NCBI GenBank assembly: GCA_963663165.1
Contig: OY760175.1
Span: 352,001 to 416,000, forward strand
Length of the DNA stretch: 64,000 nucleotides
Direction of reading: 5' to 3'
DNA from: an uncultured Desulfospira sp.
GTDB taxonomy: Bacteria > Desulfobacterota > Desulfobacteria > Desulfobacterales > Desulfobacteraceae
The position numbers and the translations under genes were made by a program. The notes below the pieces were generated by a model. The model was not told where the DNA came from. It searched no databases and saw only the letters and a list, made by a program, of their open reading frames with translations. Below, piece after piece: positions 1-10,298 of the stretch; the stretch's first letter is position 1; every line of letters begins with the position of its first letter.

Positions 1-725
1 CACCGTTGGCTGTCACACACCGAAGTGTCCGGGTAAGGTTCTTCTACCTTGGCAATGAGAAGCCAGGTGCCTTTATGGATCAGCTTGATGTTAGCCACTC
101 CCTCCTTGTCCGTTTTGGTGGTATAGCCAAAGGTATCTTTTTGATCTGAAAAGGTATCATAGGTGCCGTATACAAATGTCCTTGCCGGCTTGCCTTCCTT
201 GAGAACCTTAACTGGCAGAATGTCGCCGGTTTTCAGGGTGGCCGGATCTTTTAAGGGAACGATCTCCATGGCCTGGCCCAGGGGTTTGGCCCAGGCGTCT
301 CCACCGGCCTGGCCCACGGTAAAGACGGCCTTGGCATATTTAACAGAGCTGCTGCAAAGGATCGGGTTTTCAACGTCCTTTTTGGTCTTGCCCCTTTGGT
401 AACCGTCCGGGGTTTTGGTGTAAAAGCCGTTCACAGGAACAGCCAGGCAAAGGCAGGTGCCGGTTTCCGTAATCATAGCGTCCCGGGCCACCCGCTTGGA
501 TGACGGGGTGATAAAAAAGACTTCTTGGATCCTGTCCGGCTCCATCAGTTCTTTTTCCGGTGGAAGAAAATGATGGGTGTTAAATACCTTTAAGCCCGGG
601 GTGGTGTTAACAGCCGCCTGATACGTATCCATGATCAGCAGGGTATCGTGGGCCGCGGCCGGGGAACTGACGCAAAGTGCGAGGGCAAGAATGCCCATGC
701 TTAGAAGTTGGTTTAAACCTTTCAT
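1..725 (-). CDS. DUF4198 family periplasmic protein (Ni/Co uptake-associated); 3' end runs off the window
   Basis: Manual translation from ATG at 725: signal peptide MKGLNQLLSMGILALALCVSSPAAAH, then KYAKAVF..., GQAMEIVPLKDP, TTKTDKEGVANIKL..GTWLL, typical of DUF4198; directly downstream of a TonB receptor. Confidence 0.75.
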   Translation of the reverse strand, partial: MKGLNQLLSMGILALALCVSSPAAAHDTLLIMDTYQAAVNTTPGLKVFNTHHFLPPEKELMEPDRIQEVFFITPSSKRVARDAMITETGTCLCLAVPVNGFYTKTPDGYQRGKTKKDVENPILCSSSVKYAKAVFTVGQAGGDAWAKPLGQAMEIVPLKDPATLKTGDILPVKVLKEGKPARTFVYGTYDTFSDQKDTFGYTTKTDKEGVANIKLIHKGTWLLIAKVEEPYPDTSVCDSQR

Positions 726-749
726 TGTAAATTTCCTTTATTTTAAAAA

Positions 750-3089
750 TTAAAATGAGTATTTAAGTTCCACGAAAAAGGTTCTCATGGGGTAGGGATG
801 GTAGACGTAGTAATCTTCATCAAAGATGTTGTCTACGCCCATGGTGGCTTCAAGGCCGCAGTCAAAGAGGTACCTGAACTTGGCATCAAACACCAGAAAC
901 TCATCCGTACCGCCGTATCCGCCGTCAGGATCCGAGTTGTCCAGTGTATTGTATTGCTGCCCTGAATAATGGCCGGCCAAAGTGAACGACCACTTGTCTG
1001 TGGGCGCATAGTCCAGAACACATTTGACGCGCCAGTCCGGTATCCTCGGGAAATCCTTGCCCACACTGTCGGGAACATTATCGTTTCTTAAGATTTTAGA
1101 ATCGGTCCAGGCCACGTTGGTAAACAGGCCCAACCCGTCAATAAAAATTCGTCTGACATTATAGGCCAGTTCGATCCCTCTGGTCCTTACCTCGTCCACG
1201 TTCTGGTAATTGCTGATGTTGGTGTAGGCATTTGTTTGTCTGAAGATGGCGTCTTTGATCTCATCTTCATAAAAGGTCAGGCGGGCTTCCGCATTGCTGC
1301 CGAAGAACCTTGTGATGGTGAAATCCTTGGCAAAGCTGTCCTCAGGTTTTAAATTCGGGTTGTTTTTGTTGATTATACCGGCGGATGTGATGCCCCCGTA
1401 ATACATTTCCCCAACCGTGGGATACCGGGTGGCCTGGGCTAGTGAGACCCTGAGCTGCCAGTTGTTGTTTGGGTTGTAAGTGGTCGAAAATTTAGGTGAA
1501 AATCCATTGTCGTCCTTATCATCCAAATCTGTGGTGATCCGGCCGGTATTGCCGTCAATGGATTTACTGGCGTCAAACCCTTTCCACCATTCATAACGGC
1601 CGCCCAGGTAAACCGACCAGTGATCTTCAACATGCCAGGTATCTTCTATATAAAGGGCATGGGTCCGGGTCTTGCCTTCAGAACCGGAACTTAAGGTTGT
1701 CCGGACATCTTTTTTCCAGTTGGACGCATTCCAGGTTTCACCGTCTGTGTAGTACTGGTCAAAATGGTAGCCGGCGCCCAGGGAATGCATTCCTTTCCAG
1801 CCCTCTACATCTTTGGCCATCTTAAGATCCGCCGTATACCAGCCTTTGTCGGTGTCCGTCACACTGCCAGCCCCGCCGTTTTTGGAATTCGGAGCCGCTT
1901 CGGAAGATGAGCGGGAGACGCTTTTGAGCGTGGTATAGGCACTTACCTGGGCATCCACATTAAGTCCGTCGGGGGATTCAAGCTTATAAGTTAACCCGTT
2001 GAGCATATCCTGGTATTCGGCCTCAGAATAGTCAAAAGAAGTGGTTCCAAGATCATAACTTCTTCCGTCAATGATGACTGTTCCGGTGTAGACTGGATTT
2101 CCGTTTGCGTCTCGCAAGTAGGTATCCGGGTTGGTCGAATTGTTTTCCGAATCCCAGATGGCCGAGGTCAGCCGGATGGTGGAATAATCCGTTAAATCAT
2201 AGGCCAGTTTGACTTTAAAGGTGTTGTTGGTGATGTCGCTGGTGCTGTCGGCCCCCAGTATATAGCGGTCAGCACCGGTGGGGTCTTTGTCCTGGGCATA
2301 TCCGGTAACCGCCGTGCCGGCGTCCGTACCGCCGGATGCGGCGGATTTGGCCACATACATAATGGCCGCATTCTCTGTTTCCAGGTGGTTAAACCAGAGG
2401 TTGTAAGAGAATTTTCCGGTCTTGTTTCCCACAGAACCAAATAGATTATACCCGTCCAGATCATCATCAGTATTATAAGCATGGGCGTTCTGGTAAAAGT
2501 ACTTAAGGCTGGTATCAATCTCAAGTTTTTCCGGCATGCCGGTGGTGATCAAAGCGGTACCTGATATGGAGTTGCCGCTGTAGGCCGCGGAAAACGGACC
2601 GTAAATAACATCCACCTTCTCGATTTCCTGAGGGGCCACAAAGAACCATTTCGGGGCATTGCCATGGCCGGTGGATGTGAAATCGGACAGCCTCATCCCG
2701 TCGGTCTGGACCAGGGTCCGGCCGGTCATTGTGGAGTTGTTGCCCCGGATGATCAGGGGGCTGTTGGTGCTGCCCGGGTAGAGCTTGCGGAGGTATGAGC
2801 CGGGCATGTATTTGAATACATCGGAAGATTCCATGGCATTGATACGCTCAATGCCTTCGGCGGTGACGCTTTCCACTACGGCCGGCATATTGGCCGTGGT
2901 GTCGTCCATAATTTTACCGGTAACGGTGATTTCACCCAGATCCTGGGCTTGTTTTTGGTTTGCTTTGTTCGTAAGTGACGTTTCTTCGGTTTTGGTTTCA
3001 TCTGAAATTGCCGGGGCCGGTGCAAAGAACAGTCCCGTACACAGGACTGCCACGGCAATCAGGGTTAATTTTTTCCTTTTTTTCAACAT
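750..3089 (-). CDS. TonB-dependent outer membrane receptor
   Basis: 779 aa; signal peptide, TonB-box-like EITVTG, plug motif IEKVDVIYGPFSAAY, NPNLKPE, C-terminal KYSF; RBS AGGAG. Confidence 0.93.
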   Translation of the reverse strand: MLKKRKKLTLIAVAVLCTGLFFAPAPAISDETKTEETSLTNKANQKQAQDLGEITVTGKIMDDTTANMPAVVESVTAEGIERINAMESSDVFKYMPGSYLRKLYPGSTNSPLIIRGNNSTMTGRTLVQTDGMRLSDFTSTGHGNAPKWFFVAPQEIEKVDVIYGPFSAAYSGNSISGTALITTGMPEKLEIDTSLKYFYQNAHAYNTDDDLDGYNLFGSVGNKTGKFSYNLWFNHLETENAAIMYVAKSAASGGTDAGTAVTGYAQDKDPTGADRYILGADSTSDITNNTFKVKLAYDLTDYSTIRLTSAIWDSENNSTNPDTYLRDANGNPVYTGTVIIDGRSYDLGTTSFDYSEAEYQDMLNGLTYKLESPDGLNVDAQVSAYTTLKSVSRSSSEAAPNSKNGGAGSVTDTDKGWYTADLKMAKDVEGWKGMHSLGAGYHFDQYYTDGETWNASNWKKDVRTTLSSGSEGKTRTHALYIEDTWHVEDHWSVYLGGRYEWWKGFDASKSIDGNTGRITTDLDDKDDNGFSPKFSTTYNPNNNWQLRVSLAQATRYPTVGEMYYGGITSAGIINKNNPNLKPEDSFAKDFTITRFFGSNAEARLTFYEDEIKDAIFRQTNAYTNISNYQNVDEVRTRGIELAYNVRRIFIDGLGLFTNVAWTDSKILRNDNVPDSVGKDFPRIPDWRVKCVLDYAPTDKWSFTLAGHYSGQQYNTLDNSDPDGGYGGTDEFLVFDAKFRYLFDCGLEATMGVDNIFDEDYYVYHPYPMRTFFVELKYSF

Positions 3090-3275
3090 GTTTCACTCCT
3101 CCTGAAATTAACTCAAAAGGCACCAAACCGGCAGGCAATGGATACAGAATGCCTGATGGCAGTGGTGTCACAGGCCAAACAAGCCGGCAGCGCCGGTTCT
3201 GGCCGGGGTTTTTTGTAGAATTTCCGGATGGAATGAAGGTTGACATGGGAAATAAGTCAATGATATCTTGAATTT

Positions 3276-3362
3276 AAGAATATCCTTCCATCCGGGGGGA
3301 TGTCTCTTAAAGAAGGCAGCCTGAATTAACTTTGGACGGTTAAGGTTGCCTTCTTTTTTTTT
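3276..3362 (+). ncRNA. Putative small RNA (about 87 nt), antisense to the region upstream of the TonB receptor
   Basis: TTGACA (3240-3245)-18 nt-TATCTT (3264-3269); two hairpins whose G-U pairs work only on the + strand; the second (3310-3355) ends in a 9-T run. Confidence 0.4.
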
Positions 3363-3959
3363 CATTTAATTCAATTTTCAGTAGATTCACCTCCTTTTAT
3401 GATTAAGCGTCCGGTCAGGCCGGGGCTAAAGTTTTTTACGGTTATTGTGGACAACCCGGGTTGAAAACCCGGGGCCGCCCGTAGGGACAAAAAAAAACCA
3501 GGAAGTTGGTTTTCCTTTTCAGGTAAACTGCCTTCCTGGCCAAATTCTGTTGTTTAATTTTGAAACGGTCTGTATTTGTGCTTATTTTATTTCCTTCTGG
3601 AAATAGATTTGATTGAAATATTGAATCTCAAAAGATTTGTCAATTCTTTTTTTTTCATTGTTTCAATTGTCGGAATTAAACTTAAAATTTATCGAAAGGC
3701 ATGCCCGTCTTGGTTATAGCCTTTTTATATCCCGATCGCTGATCAGGATATAAAAAGCCGAAATACAAAATTACTCTGGATTACACCTGAGACAAAACGG
3801 CTGTGGTCCGGATCACCCTGGTCCCATTTGTGACACCCTGTCAAAACTTTTTCCATTTTGTTCCGGCCTGACGGTGCATAATTAATTGCAATTTCAACTC
3901 AAAATATCCTGAAAACCCGGCGGGTGGGGAGTCAACCGGTCTGAACAGTTATGATTACT

Positions 3960-3976
3960 CCGGCACGATATTTGAT
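3960..3976 (+). promoter_or_regulatory. Possible sigma54 (-24/-12) promoter of the DASS transporter
   Basis: CCGGCACGATATTTGAT versus consensus YTGGCACGNNNNTTGCW, about 75 bp before the start codon. Confidence 0.45.
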
Positions 3977-4051
3977 TATATTGATGTTAGCAGTCTATTG
4001 GACAAAAGGACTGAATTATATTAACGGCAATGGATTGTAAAAGGAGGCATT

Positions 4052-5458
4052 ATGACTTCACAAAAAATAAAAATGATCGCTCCGGTGGCGGTGCTGCTGG
4101 TTCTATGGTTTCTGCCGGCCCCCCAGGGGCTGTCTATCCAGGCCTGGCATTTTCTGGCAGTGTTCATGGCCGTGGTCATCGGCCTGATTGTGGAACCGGT
4201 GCCGGCGGCCCTGGTGGGGTTCACCGGTGTGTCCCTGGTGGCCTGCCTGGGCCTGGTGGGCTCTTCGTCACAGAGCATTAAATGGGCGTTGTCCGGATTT
4301 TCCAACAGTGTTATCTGGCTGATCTTTGCCGCGTTCATGTTTGCCATGGGGTATAAGAAAACAGGGCTGGGCAAGCGGATTTCACTGATCATGATCAAGT
4401 ACATGGGCAAACATTCCCTGGGGCTTGGGTATGCCGTGGCATTGTCGGATCTGGTCCTTGCGCCCTTCATGCCGTCCAATACGGCCCGGAGTGCCGGCAC
4501 CATTTACCCGGTGGCATCCAACATTCCCCTGGTGTTCAACTCCACCCCGGAAAATGAGCCCAGAAAGCTCGGGGCATATATCTGCTGGGTGGCCATTGCC
4601 GCCACCAGCGTGACCAGCTCCATGTTTCTGACGGCCCTGGCGCCCAACCTCCTGGCCGTGGACATGATCGCCAAAAGCACGGGACATTCCGTATCCTGGA
4701 CCGCCTGGGCCGCCATTATGCTGCCGCTGATGATCCCGTTGTTTCTGCTAACGCCCTGGCTGGCTTATGTCCTGTATCCCCCCACCCAGAAGAAATCGCC
4801 GGAAGCCCCGGCATGGGCCAAAAAAGAGCTTGAAAAACTGGGCAAGATTACGGGGAAGGAGATTTTGATGGCCCTGTTGGCCCTGGCGGCTCTGTTGTTA
4901 TGGATATTTGGCGGGAAAATCGGCATTCACTCCACCACGGCGGCCATCAGCATTGTGGCGCTCATGGTGCTGTTTAACGTGATCACCTGGGATGATGTGA
5001 TTTCAAACAAGGCGGCCTTTAATGTGCTGATCTGGTTTGCCACCCTGGTGGCCATGGCCGCCGGGCTCAAAGAAGTCGGCATCCTGGAGTGGATCGGGAA
5101 AAATTCCCAGTCCTATCTGGCCTCTTTGTCTCCCACCATGCTCATCATGGCCATGCTGGTGATGTTTTTTCTGCTCCACTACTTTTTTGCCAGCACCACG
5201 GCCCATACCACGGCGCTGATGCCCATATTTATGGCCATTGCGGCAAAACTGATCACCCCTGAACAGCTGATTCCCTTTTCCATCCTTCTGGCGGGCAGCC
5301 TGGGGGTGATGGGCATCATCACCCCCTATGCCACAGGGCCTGCGCCCATGTGGTACGGGGCAGGGTTTATCCCCCAGGGCCGCTGGTGGGCTTTAGGGGC
5401 GGTATTCGGTCTGCTGTATCTGGCCGCTATTTTAGCGGGGTCTTTGATATTTATCTAG
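4052..5458 (+). CDS. DASS family sodium-coupled anion (di/tricarboxylate) symporter, CitT/TtdT-like
   Basis: 468 aa, highly hydrophobic; motifs PSNTARSAG, HYFFASTTAH, ITPYATGP. Confidence 0.92.
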   Translation: MTSQKIKMIAPVAVLLVLWFLPAPQGLSIQAWHFLAVFMAVVIGLIVEPVPAALVGFTGVSLVACLGLVGSSSQSIKWALSGFSNSVIWLIFAAFMFAMGYKKTGLGKRISLIMIKYMGKHSLGLGYAVALSDLVLAPFMPSNTARSAGTIYPVASNIPLVFNSTPENEPRKLGAYICWVAIAATSVTSSMFLTALAPNLLAVDMIAKSTGHSVSWTAWAAIMLPLMIPLFLLTPWLAYVLYPPTQKKSPEAPAWAKKELEKLGKITGKEILMALLALAALLLWIFGGKIGIHSTTAAISIVALMVLFNVITWDDVISNKAAFNVLIWFATLVAMAAGLKEVGILEWIGKNSQSYLASLSPTMLIMAMLVMFFLLHYFFASTTAHTTALMPIFMAIAAKLITPEQLIPFSILLAGSLGVMGIITPYATGPAPMWYGAGFIPQGRWWALGAVFGLLYLAAILAGSLIFI

Positions 5459-5520
5459 GAACGTAAATTACGGACGGACTGGGGCTTAGAACCGGTCCGT
5501 CCATAACAAATGAAAAGAGA

Positions 5521-5584
5521 TTGGGATATGGGACTTGGGGCCTGGGGAAAAAGCCGCAGGGAAATCCCAAGTGCCATATTCCAA
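5521..5584. repeat. Heptamer-period inverted repeat (GGGACTT/GGGATAT family)
   Basis: ttgggatatgggacttggg ... cccaagtgccatattccaa; related copies at about 13146, 31911/32186 and 59837. Confidence 0.7.
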
Positions 5585-5658
5585 AACGTTACCGCCGACC
5601 GCAACTGCCTCTGAAATCAGGACAATCCCGAAACCTTCAGCCCTGAAGGTCTTCAACC

Positions 5659-6498
5659 TTATTTAGGCGTAACCACCACACCGTGGATGATTTCAAAAAG
5701 CTGCTGGGGTGCCATGTTATTGGACTCGGCGATCTCTTTGACGGTCTGTCCGGATTGGGCCTGAATCTGTTTTTCAGCAAGCCCGGCCATCATCTGTTTT
5801 TCGTTGAGGCCGTAGGTGGCGCACAAGTCGGACAGAACGGTTCTGCCAAAACCGGAAAAAGGTTCATCTGGAAAAGGCGGCACACCAGTGTCTGAGGCTG
5901 ACTTGGGCGGCTGCATGGCCTCATAGACATCTTTGGGGGTGCAGTGGTTTGCCTTGGCAATATCCAGCAGGGTTTGGGTGTCATCCTTAAACACAATGCC
6001 GGCGTTTTCAAGCTGTGGTTTGATGTCATTAAGGTCAAGGCCGGTGCGCTTGGCAAACATTTTTAAAGACGATAGTTCGGCATGGCCGTAAGGCGGTTCG
6101 CCATATTTTTCGGCACCGGCATCTTTAAAAGATGCATTGAAATCAAGGATAGTGCTCATGGGCGGAATATGGAACAGGGTGCCGGCAATAAAGACCACGG
6201 TCAGGATCAGGGCCGCATTAAACTCCGGTGTAAATACCGTAAGCTGTCTGGCCTTGTTTTTCAGATAGGCGAGGATGGGCGACCAGTTGTAATAAATGTG
6301 CAGCAGCCCGGCCAAAAGGAATAAAACCCCAAGATTGATGTGAATATCCCCCCAAAGGGTTTTACTAAGTCCCATGAATCGCCAGTTGGACCAGTAGGCC
6401 ACCCGGCCTTCGGGAACCACATACAGGACAATGGCGGTGACAATCAGCAGCAAAAAGGACAACAGCATGGTCAGTGACGTGATTTTTCTAAGTTTCAT
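5659..6498 (-). CDS. DUF4405 domain membrane protein
   Basis: N-terminal TM segment with VLYVVPEGRVAYW..WGDIHINLG..LHIYYNW and two conserved His residues. Confidence 0.75.
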   Translation of the reverse strand: MKLRKITSLTMLLSFLLLIVTAIVLYVVPEGRVAYWSNWRFMGLSKTLWGDIHINLGVLFLLAGLLHIYYNWSPILAYLKNKARQLTVFTPEFNAALILTVVFIAGTLFHIPPMSTILDFNASFKDAGAEKYGEPPYGHAELSSLKMFAKRTGLDLNDIKPQLENAGIVFKDDTQTLLDIAKANHCTPKDVYEAMQPPKSASDTGVPPFPDEPFSGFGRTVLSDLCATYGLNEKQMMAGLAEKQIQAQSGQTVKEIAESNNMAPQQLFEIIHGVVVTPK

Positions 6499-6510
6499 GG
6501 CAATTTCTCC

Positions 6511-8316
6511 TTATATCCAGTTTCTTTCCAGCTCCCTGATCCGCGACTGAAAGTATGACACGGTGGCCTCAATGGGGGCCTGGGTGCCCATGTCCACGCC
6601 GGCGGTTTTCAGTTCGTCAATGGGGAACATGGAACCGCCAAGGCCTAAAAATTTAAGATAATCATCCACCGCCGGCTGGCCAAGGTCGGTAATCCGCCCG
6701 GCAATGCTCAGGGCGGCGGCCAGCCCTGTGGCATACTTGTACACATAAAAGGATGAATAAAAATGGGGAATCCGCAGGGCTTCCAGGGTCAGGTTGTCGT
6801 CAATGACCATTTTGTCCCCAAAATAGACGGCCAGCAGATTTTTATACACCGAGGTAAAGGTATCAATGGTCAGTGCCCGGTTTTCACCGGCCAGCCCGTG
6901 GATGATATGCTCAAATTCGGCAAACATGGTCTGCCGGTAAAAGGTGGCCCGGATATTATCGATTTCCCGGTTCAGGATATAGGCTTTCATTTTGGGGTCA
7001 TCGTTGTAAATTTTCAGCAAATGCCGGGACAGAAGCGTTTCATTGAGGGTGGAGGCCACTTCCGCCACAAAAATAGTGTACCCGTGGGTGGGGTAGCCCT
7101 GGGTTTTGTTGGAAAAAAAGGTGTGCATGGAATGGCCGGCTTCATGGATTAGGGTAAACAGGCTGTTGATGGTGTCCGGATCATAGTTGAGCAGGATATA
7201 GGGGTTTGAGTCGTAACATCCCGAAGAATAGGCGCCGCTGCGCTTGCCTTTGTTCTCATACCGGTCCACCCAGCCGTGCAGCAGGCCCTTTTCCAGGGTA
7301 GCGGTGTAATCCTTTCCCAACGGCGCCAGGGCATCCATACAGGTGGCCACGGCCTGCTCATAGGGCATGTGAAAGGGGATGTCCGGCACCATTTGAACAT
7401 AGGTGTCGTACATGTGAAGCGCATCAACGCCCAACACCTTTTTTCTGAAATCCAGATACCGGTATAACGGGGACAGGCCCATTTTGACGCTGGCAATCAG
7501 ATTGTCATATACGGTTTCGGGCACATTATCGGCAAACAGGGCGGACTTTCGGGCCGAATCAAAGTGCCGGGCCCGGGCCCAGAACAGGTCTTTTTTTACC
7601 GAAGCCGACAGCGTGGCGGCAACGGCATGCCGGTGCTTGTCATATCCTTTATAATACTGGTCAAATACAGTCTTGCGAAAGGACCTGTCACCATGGCTCA
7701 AAAAGGTGATAAAATTGCCGTGGGTCAGGGGGGATTTTTTGCCGTCAGGTGTGGTAACGGTGCCAAAATCAAGGTCGGCATTGTCCAGCTGGGAGAAAAT
7801 GCGCTGGGGGGCGCCCAGGCTTTCCGAGGCCATGGCCAGCAGCTGTTCTGTCTGGGCGTCCCTGGTGTGGGGGATGTTTCTGATAATCTGTTCAAAGTAA
7901 AAGCGGTAGGGGGAAAAGGGCTCCTGATCCAGCCAGACGGCCAGCTGCTCCTCGGGAATGGCCTGGATTTCCGGGGCGATAAAACTTGCCGCCTCTCCCA
8001 TGCGCGTATACAGGTTGACGGCCCGCTGGAACAGGCCCTCATTGTCCGAATGGGTTTTATCCTCATCATTTCGCAGATGGGCAAAGGTATACAGCCGCTC
8101 CATATCCCGGCCCACACCATGGTCAAACTCAATACAGGAAAGCAAATCATCCGGCCCCTTGGAAAGTGTTCCCTTAAAGCCCTCATATTCAGGCAGCTTT
8201 TTTTCAACTGTTTCAAATAAAGTTTCCCATTCTTCGATGGCCTGAAACATGACAGACAGATCCCAGCAGTTGGCCGGGGAAACATTTTTCCTTGGGGTAT
8301 CTGGCGAATGAACCAT
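6511..8316 (-). CDS. pepF: Oligoendopeptidase F (peptidase M3B)
   Basis: HEAGHSMH zinc motif, GKRSGAYS, FVAEVAST, RIPHFY. Confidence 0.95.
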   Translation of the reverse strand: MVHSPDTPRKNVSPANCWDLSVMFQAIEEWETLFETVEKKLPEYEGFKGTLSKGPDDLLSCIEFDHGVGRDMERLYTFAHLRNDEDKTHSDNEGLFQRAVNLYTRMGEAASFIAPEIQAIPEEQLAVWLDQEPFSPYRFYFEQIIRNIPHTRDAQTEQLLAMASESLGAPQRIFSQLDNADLDFGTVTTPDGKKSPLTHGNFITFLSHGDRSFRKTVFDQYYKGYDKHRHAVAATLSASVKKDLFWARARHFDSARKSALFADNVPETVYDNLIASVKMGLSPLYRYLDFRKKVLGVDALHMYDTYVQMVPDIPFHMPYEQAVATCMDALAPLGKDYTATLEKGLLHGWVDRYENKGKRSGAYSSGCYDSNPYILLNYDPDTINSLFTLIHEAGHSMHTFFSNKTQGYPTHGYTIFVAEVASTLNETLLSRHLLKIYNDDPKMKAYILNREIDNIRATFYRQTMFAEFEHIIHGLAGENRALTIDTFTSVYKNLLAVYFGDKMVIDDNLTLEALRIPHFYSSFYVYKYATGLAAALSIAGRITDLGQPAVDDYLKFLGLGGSMFPIDELKTAGVDMGTQAPIEATVSYFQSRIRELERNWI

Positions 8317-8533
8317 GGCAGTCTCCTTTGGGTGATGAATGAAGCGGATTTGTTGATATCTGGTTAAGGTATTGCGGCGGGTTTGTCAAGGCGGAAGGTT
8401 TGGCCCACAATACATATAGATGGCGGCACGGTGTGTGTTCTTTGCGGGGGGGGATTTTAATGTAAAAAAAACGGAAACCGGAGGAAGGGAGACGGGAGAC
8501 CGAAACCGTCAAGTTCCCTGGTTTGAACGGTAG

Positions 8534-8586
8534 GGTTGGAGCGGGCCATGCCCGCGATCGAATCGCGGGCATGGCCCGCTCTAACC
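8534..8586. repeat. REP-doublet-like long hairpin
   Basis: GAGCGGGCCATGCCCGCGAT-cga-ATCGCGGGCATGGCCCGCTC, perfect 20-bp arms. Confidence 0.7.
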
Positions 8587-8728
8587 TCGCATTGGCCAAA
8601 AAAATAACGATAGCTGCCGGATGCCAGTTTCCCTTGGAGGGGCGCACCCGGTTTCCAGTCTGCCTTCCTCCGGTCTCCCTATGTTTTTGGGAGATCAACC
8701 CTATTAAATTAAAACATTGACAGCCTTT

Positions 8729-9310
8729 TTATGGGTTAATCTTCACAATATGTTTTGCCGTTTCCCTGGCCAGGTCCATAAGATCCTGCCGGTTTTTTGT
8801 TTTGATATCATCCGCCTTTAAAAGATTGCATCCCCTGACCAGATAGGTTTTCTCGAACCCGAGAATTTCAAATATTTTTTGATATTTCATACAGACTTCA
8901 GCAAAAAAATCATCTTCCCGGTTCTGGGCCGTAATCAGCACAAATTTTTTTCCCGGGGTTACCCGGCTTTTTTTGGGTACGGTTTCAAAAGGTTCCAGAA
9001 ATGAATAACACCGGTCAACAAAAATTTTAAGCTGGGCTGAGATGTCTGCAAAATAAATGGGCGTTGCCGCAACCAGGACATCAGCAGCTTGCACGGCAGA
9101 AAGAATTGTTGAGATATCATCTTTGATAACGCAATGATCTGTTTTGGTTTTACAGATATCGCAGGCTTGGCACCCTTTGATATCCAGTTTGTTTAACAAA
9201 AAAGACTGGACATCAGCCCCGGAAGATTCAGCTGTTTCCATAAATGCTTTGGCAAGGGTTGCCGTATTTCCATTGGGCCTTGGGCTGCCAAAAAGTGTGA
9301 CGATTTTCAT
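8729..9310 (-). CDS. Flavodoxin-like iron-sulfur flavoprotein / NADPH-dependent FMN reductase family
   Basis: GSPRPNGNT, CQACDICK....C cluster motif, ATPIYF. Confidence 0.88.
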   Translation of the reverse strand: MKIVTLFGSPRPNGNTATLAKAFMETAESSGADVQSFLLNKLDIKGCQACDICKTKTDHCVIKDDISTILSAVQAADVLVAATPIYFADISAQLKIFVDRCYSFLEPFETVPKKSRVTPGKKFVLITAQNREDDFFAEVCMKYQKIFEILGFEKTYLVRGCNLLKADDIKTKNRQDLMDLARETAKHIVKINP

Positions 9311-9491
9311 TTTGTTTCTCCTTGTTTAACCATTTTAATGCCTGGGTGAACCAACATTGCCCCTTTTCTTACCAGGAATGTTAAAAAAAACATCCCCCAT
9401 TTGGGTGAATTCTTTTATTGTTTTCAGGCGGCTTAAACTATATGGTTTTTAAGTTGGAACGGATATCTGTCATTTTTAAAGGAGGTACCAC

Positions 9492-10253
9492 ATGATCAAC
9501 TATAATTCAATCGGCACGGGTTCTAACAAAGTTCTTGTTTTTCATGGCTGGAAAATGGAGCACACCTGCTTTGACGGCATGGTTCAGGCCCTGGACAAAG
9601 AAAAGTTTACTTACATCTTTGCTGACCTGAGAGGGTACGGGCTGTCCCGGGATCTGCCGGGGCCTTATTCCATTGAGCAGACCGCTGCCGATCTGCTGGA
9701 ATTAGCCGATTCGTTAAACCTTGAAACCTTTCACATCATCGGCCATTCCATGGGGGGCAAGGTGATCTGCCGTCTGGCGGCCGACGCCCCGGAAAGGATT
9801 AAAAGCGCCATCGGGGTTACCCCTTGTCCGCCGGTAACCATTCCCTTTGATGACCAGGGATGGGCCCTGTTTTCCAACAGTGCCACGGATATGTCCTGCC
9901 GGGAAGAGGTGTTCCGGCTGTCAACGGGCAACCGCCTGACCCCGGCCTGGTATAAAATGATTGCTGAAAAATCCATGCAGGCCAGTGAACAAACCGCATT
10001 TTCCGATTATCTCGAATCATGGGTGAATTACGAATGTGTGGATGATTGTGCCGGGTCCCGGGTCCCGTTAAAAATTATTGCCGGTGAATTTGACCCTGAC
10101 CTGACATACGGCCTGATGCAGGAAACATTTGGAAAGTTTTTTCCCAATGTTGAAATTATGCAACTGTCCAATTGCGGCCATTATCCCATGTACGAAACCC
10201 CGCTGGCACTGGCTGCTGAATGGGAAAATTTTCTGGGAAGGCATGTCGGGTGA
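9492..10253 (+). CDS. Alpha/beta fold hydrolase
   Basis: HGW oxyanion motif, DLRGYGLS, GHSMGG nucleophile elbow, CGHYP. Confidence 0.9.
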   Translation: MINYNSIGTGSNKVLVFHGWKMEHTCFDGMVQALDKEKFTYIFADLRGYGLSRDLPGPYSIEQTAADLLELADSLNLETFHIIGHSMGGKVICRLAADAPERIKSAIGVTPCPPVTIPFDDQGWALFSNSATDMSCREEVFRLSTGNRLTPAWYKMIAEKSMQASEQTAFSDYLESWVNYECVDDCAGSRVPLKIIAGEFDPDLTYGLMQETFGKFFPNVEIMQLSNCGHYPMYETPLALAAEWENFLGRHVG

Positions 10254-10298
10254 AAGGCATAAGCCATTAGCCGGTAGCTTTTGGGGTATGCCATCCCA

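Noticed and set aside
3121..3180. Cobalamin riboswitch before the TonB receptor
   Set aside because: Only CCACTG and CCTGCC fragments on the - strand; the GGGAA and AGYCRGRAGAC core elements are missing
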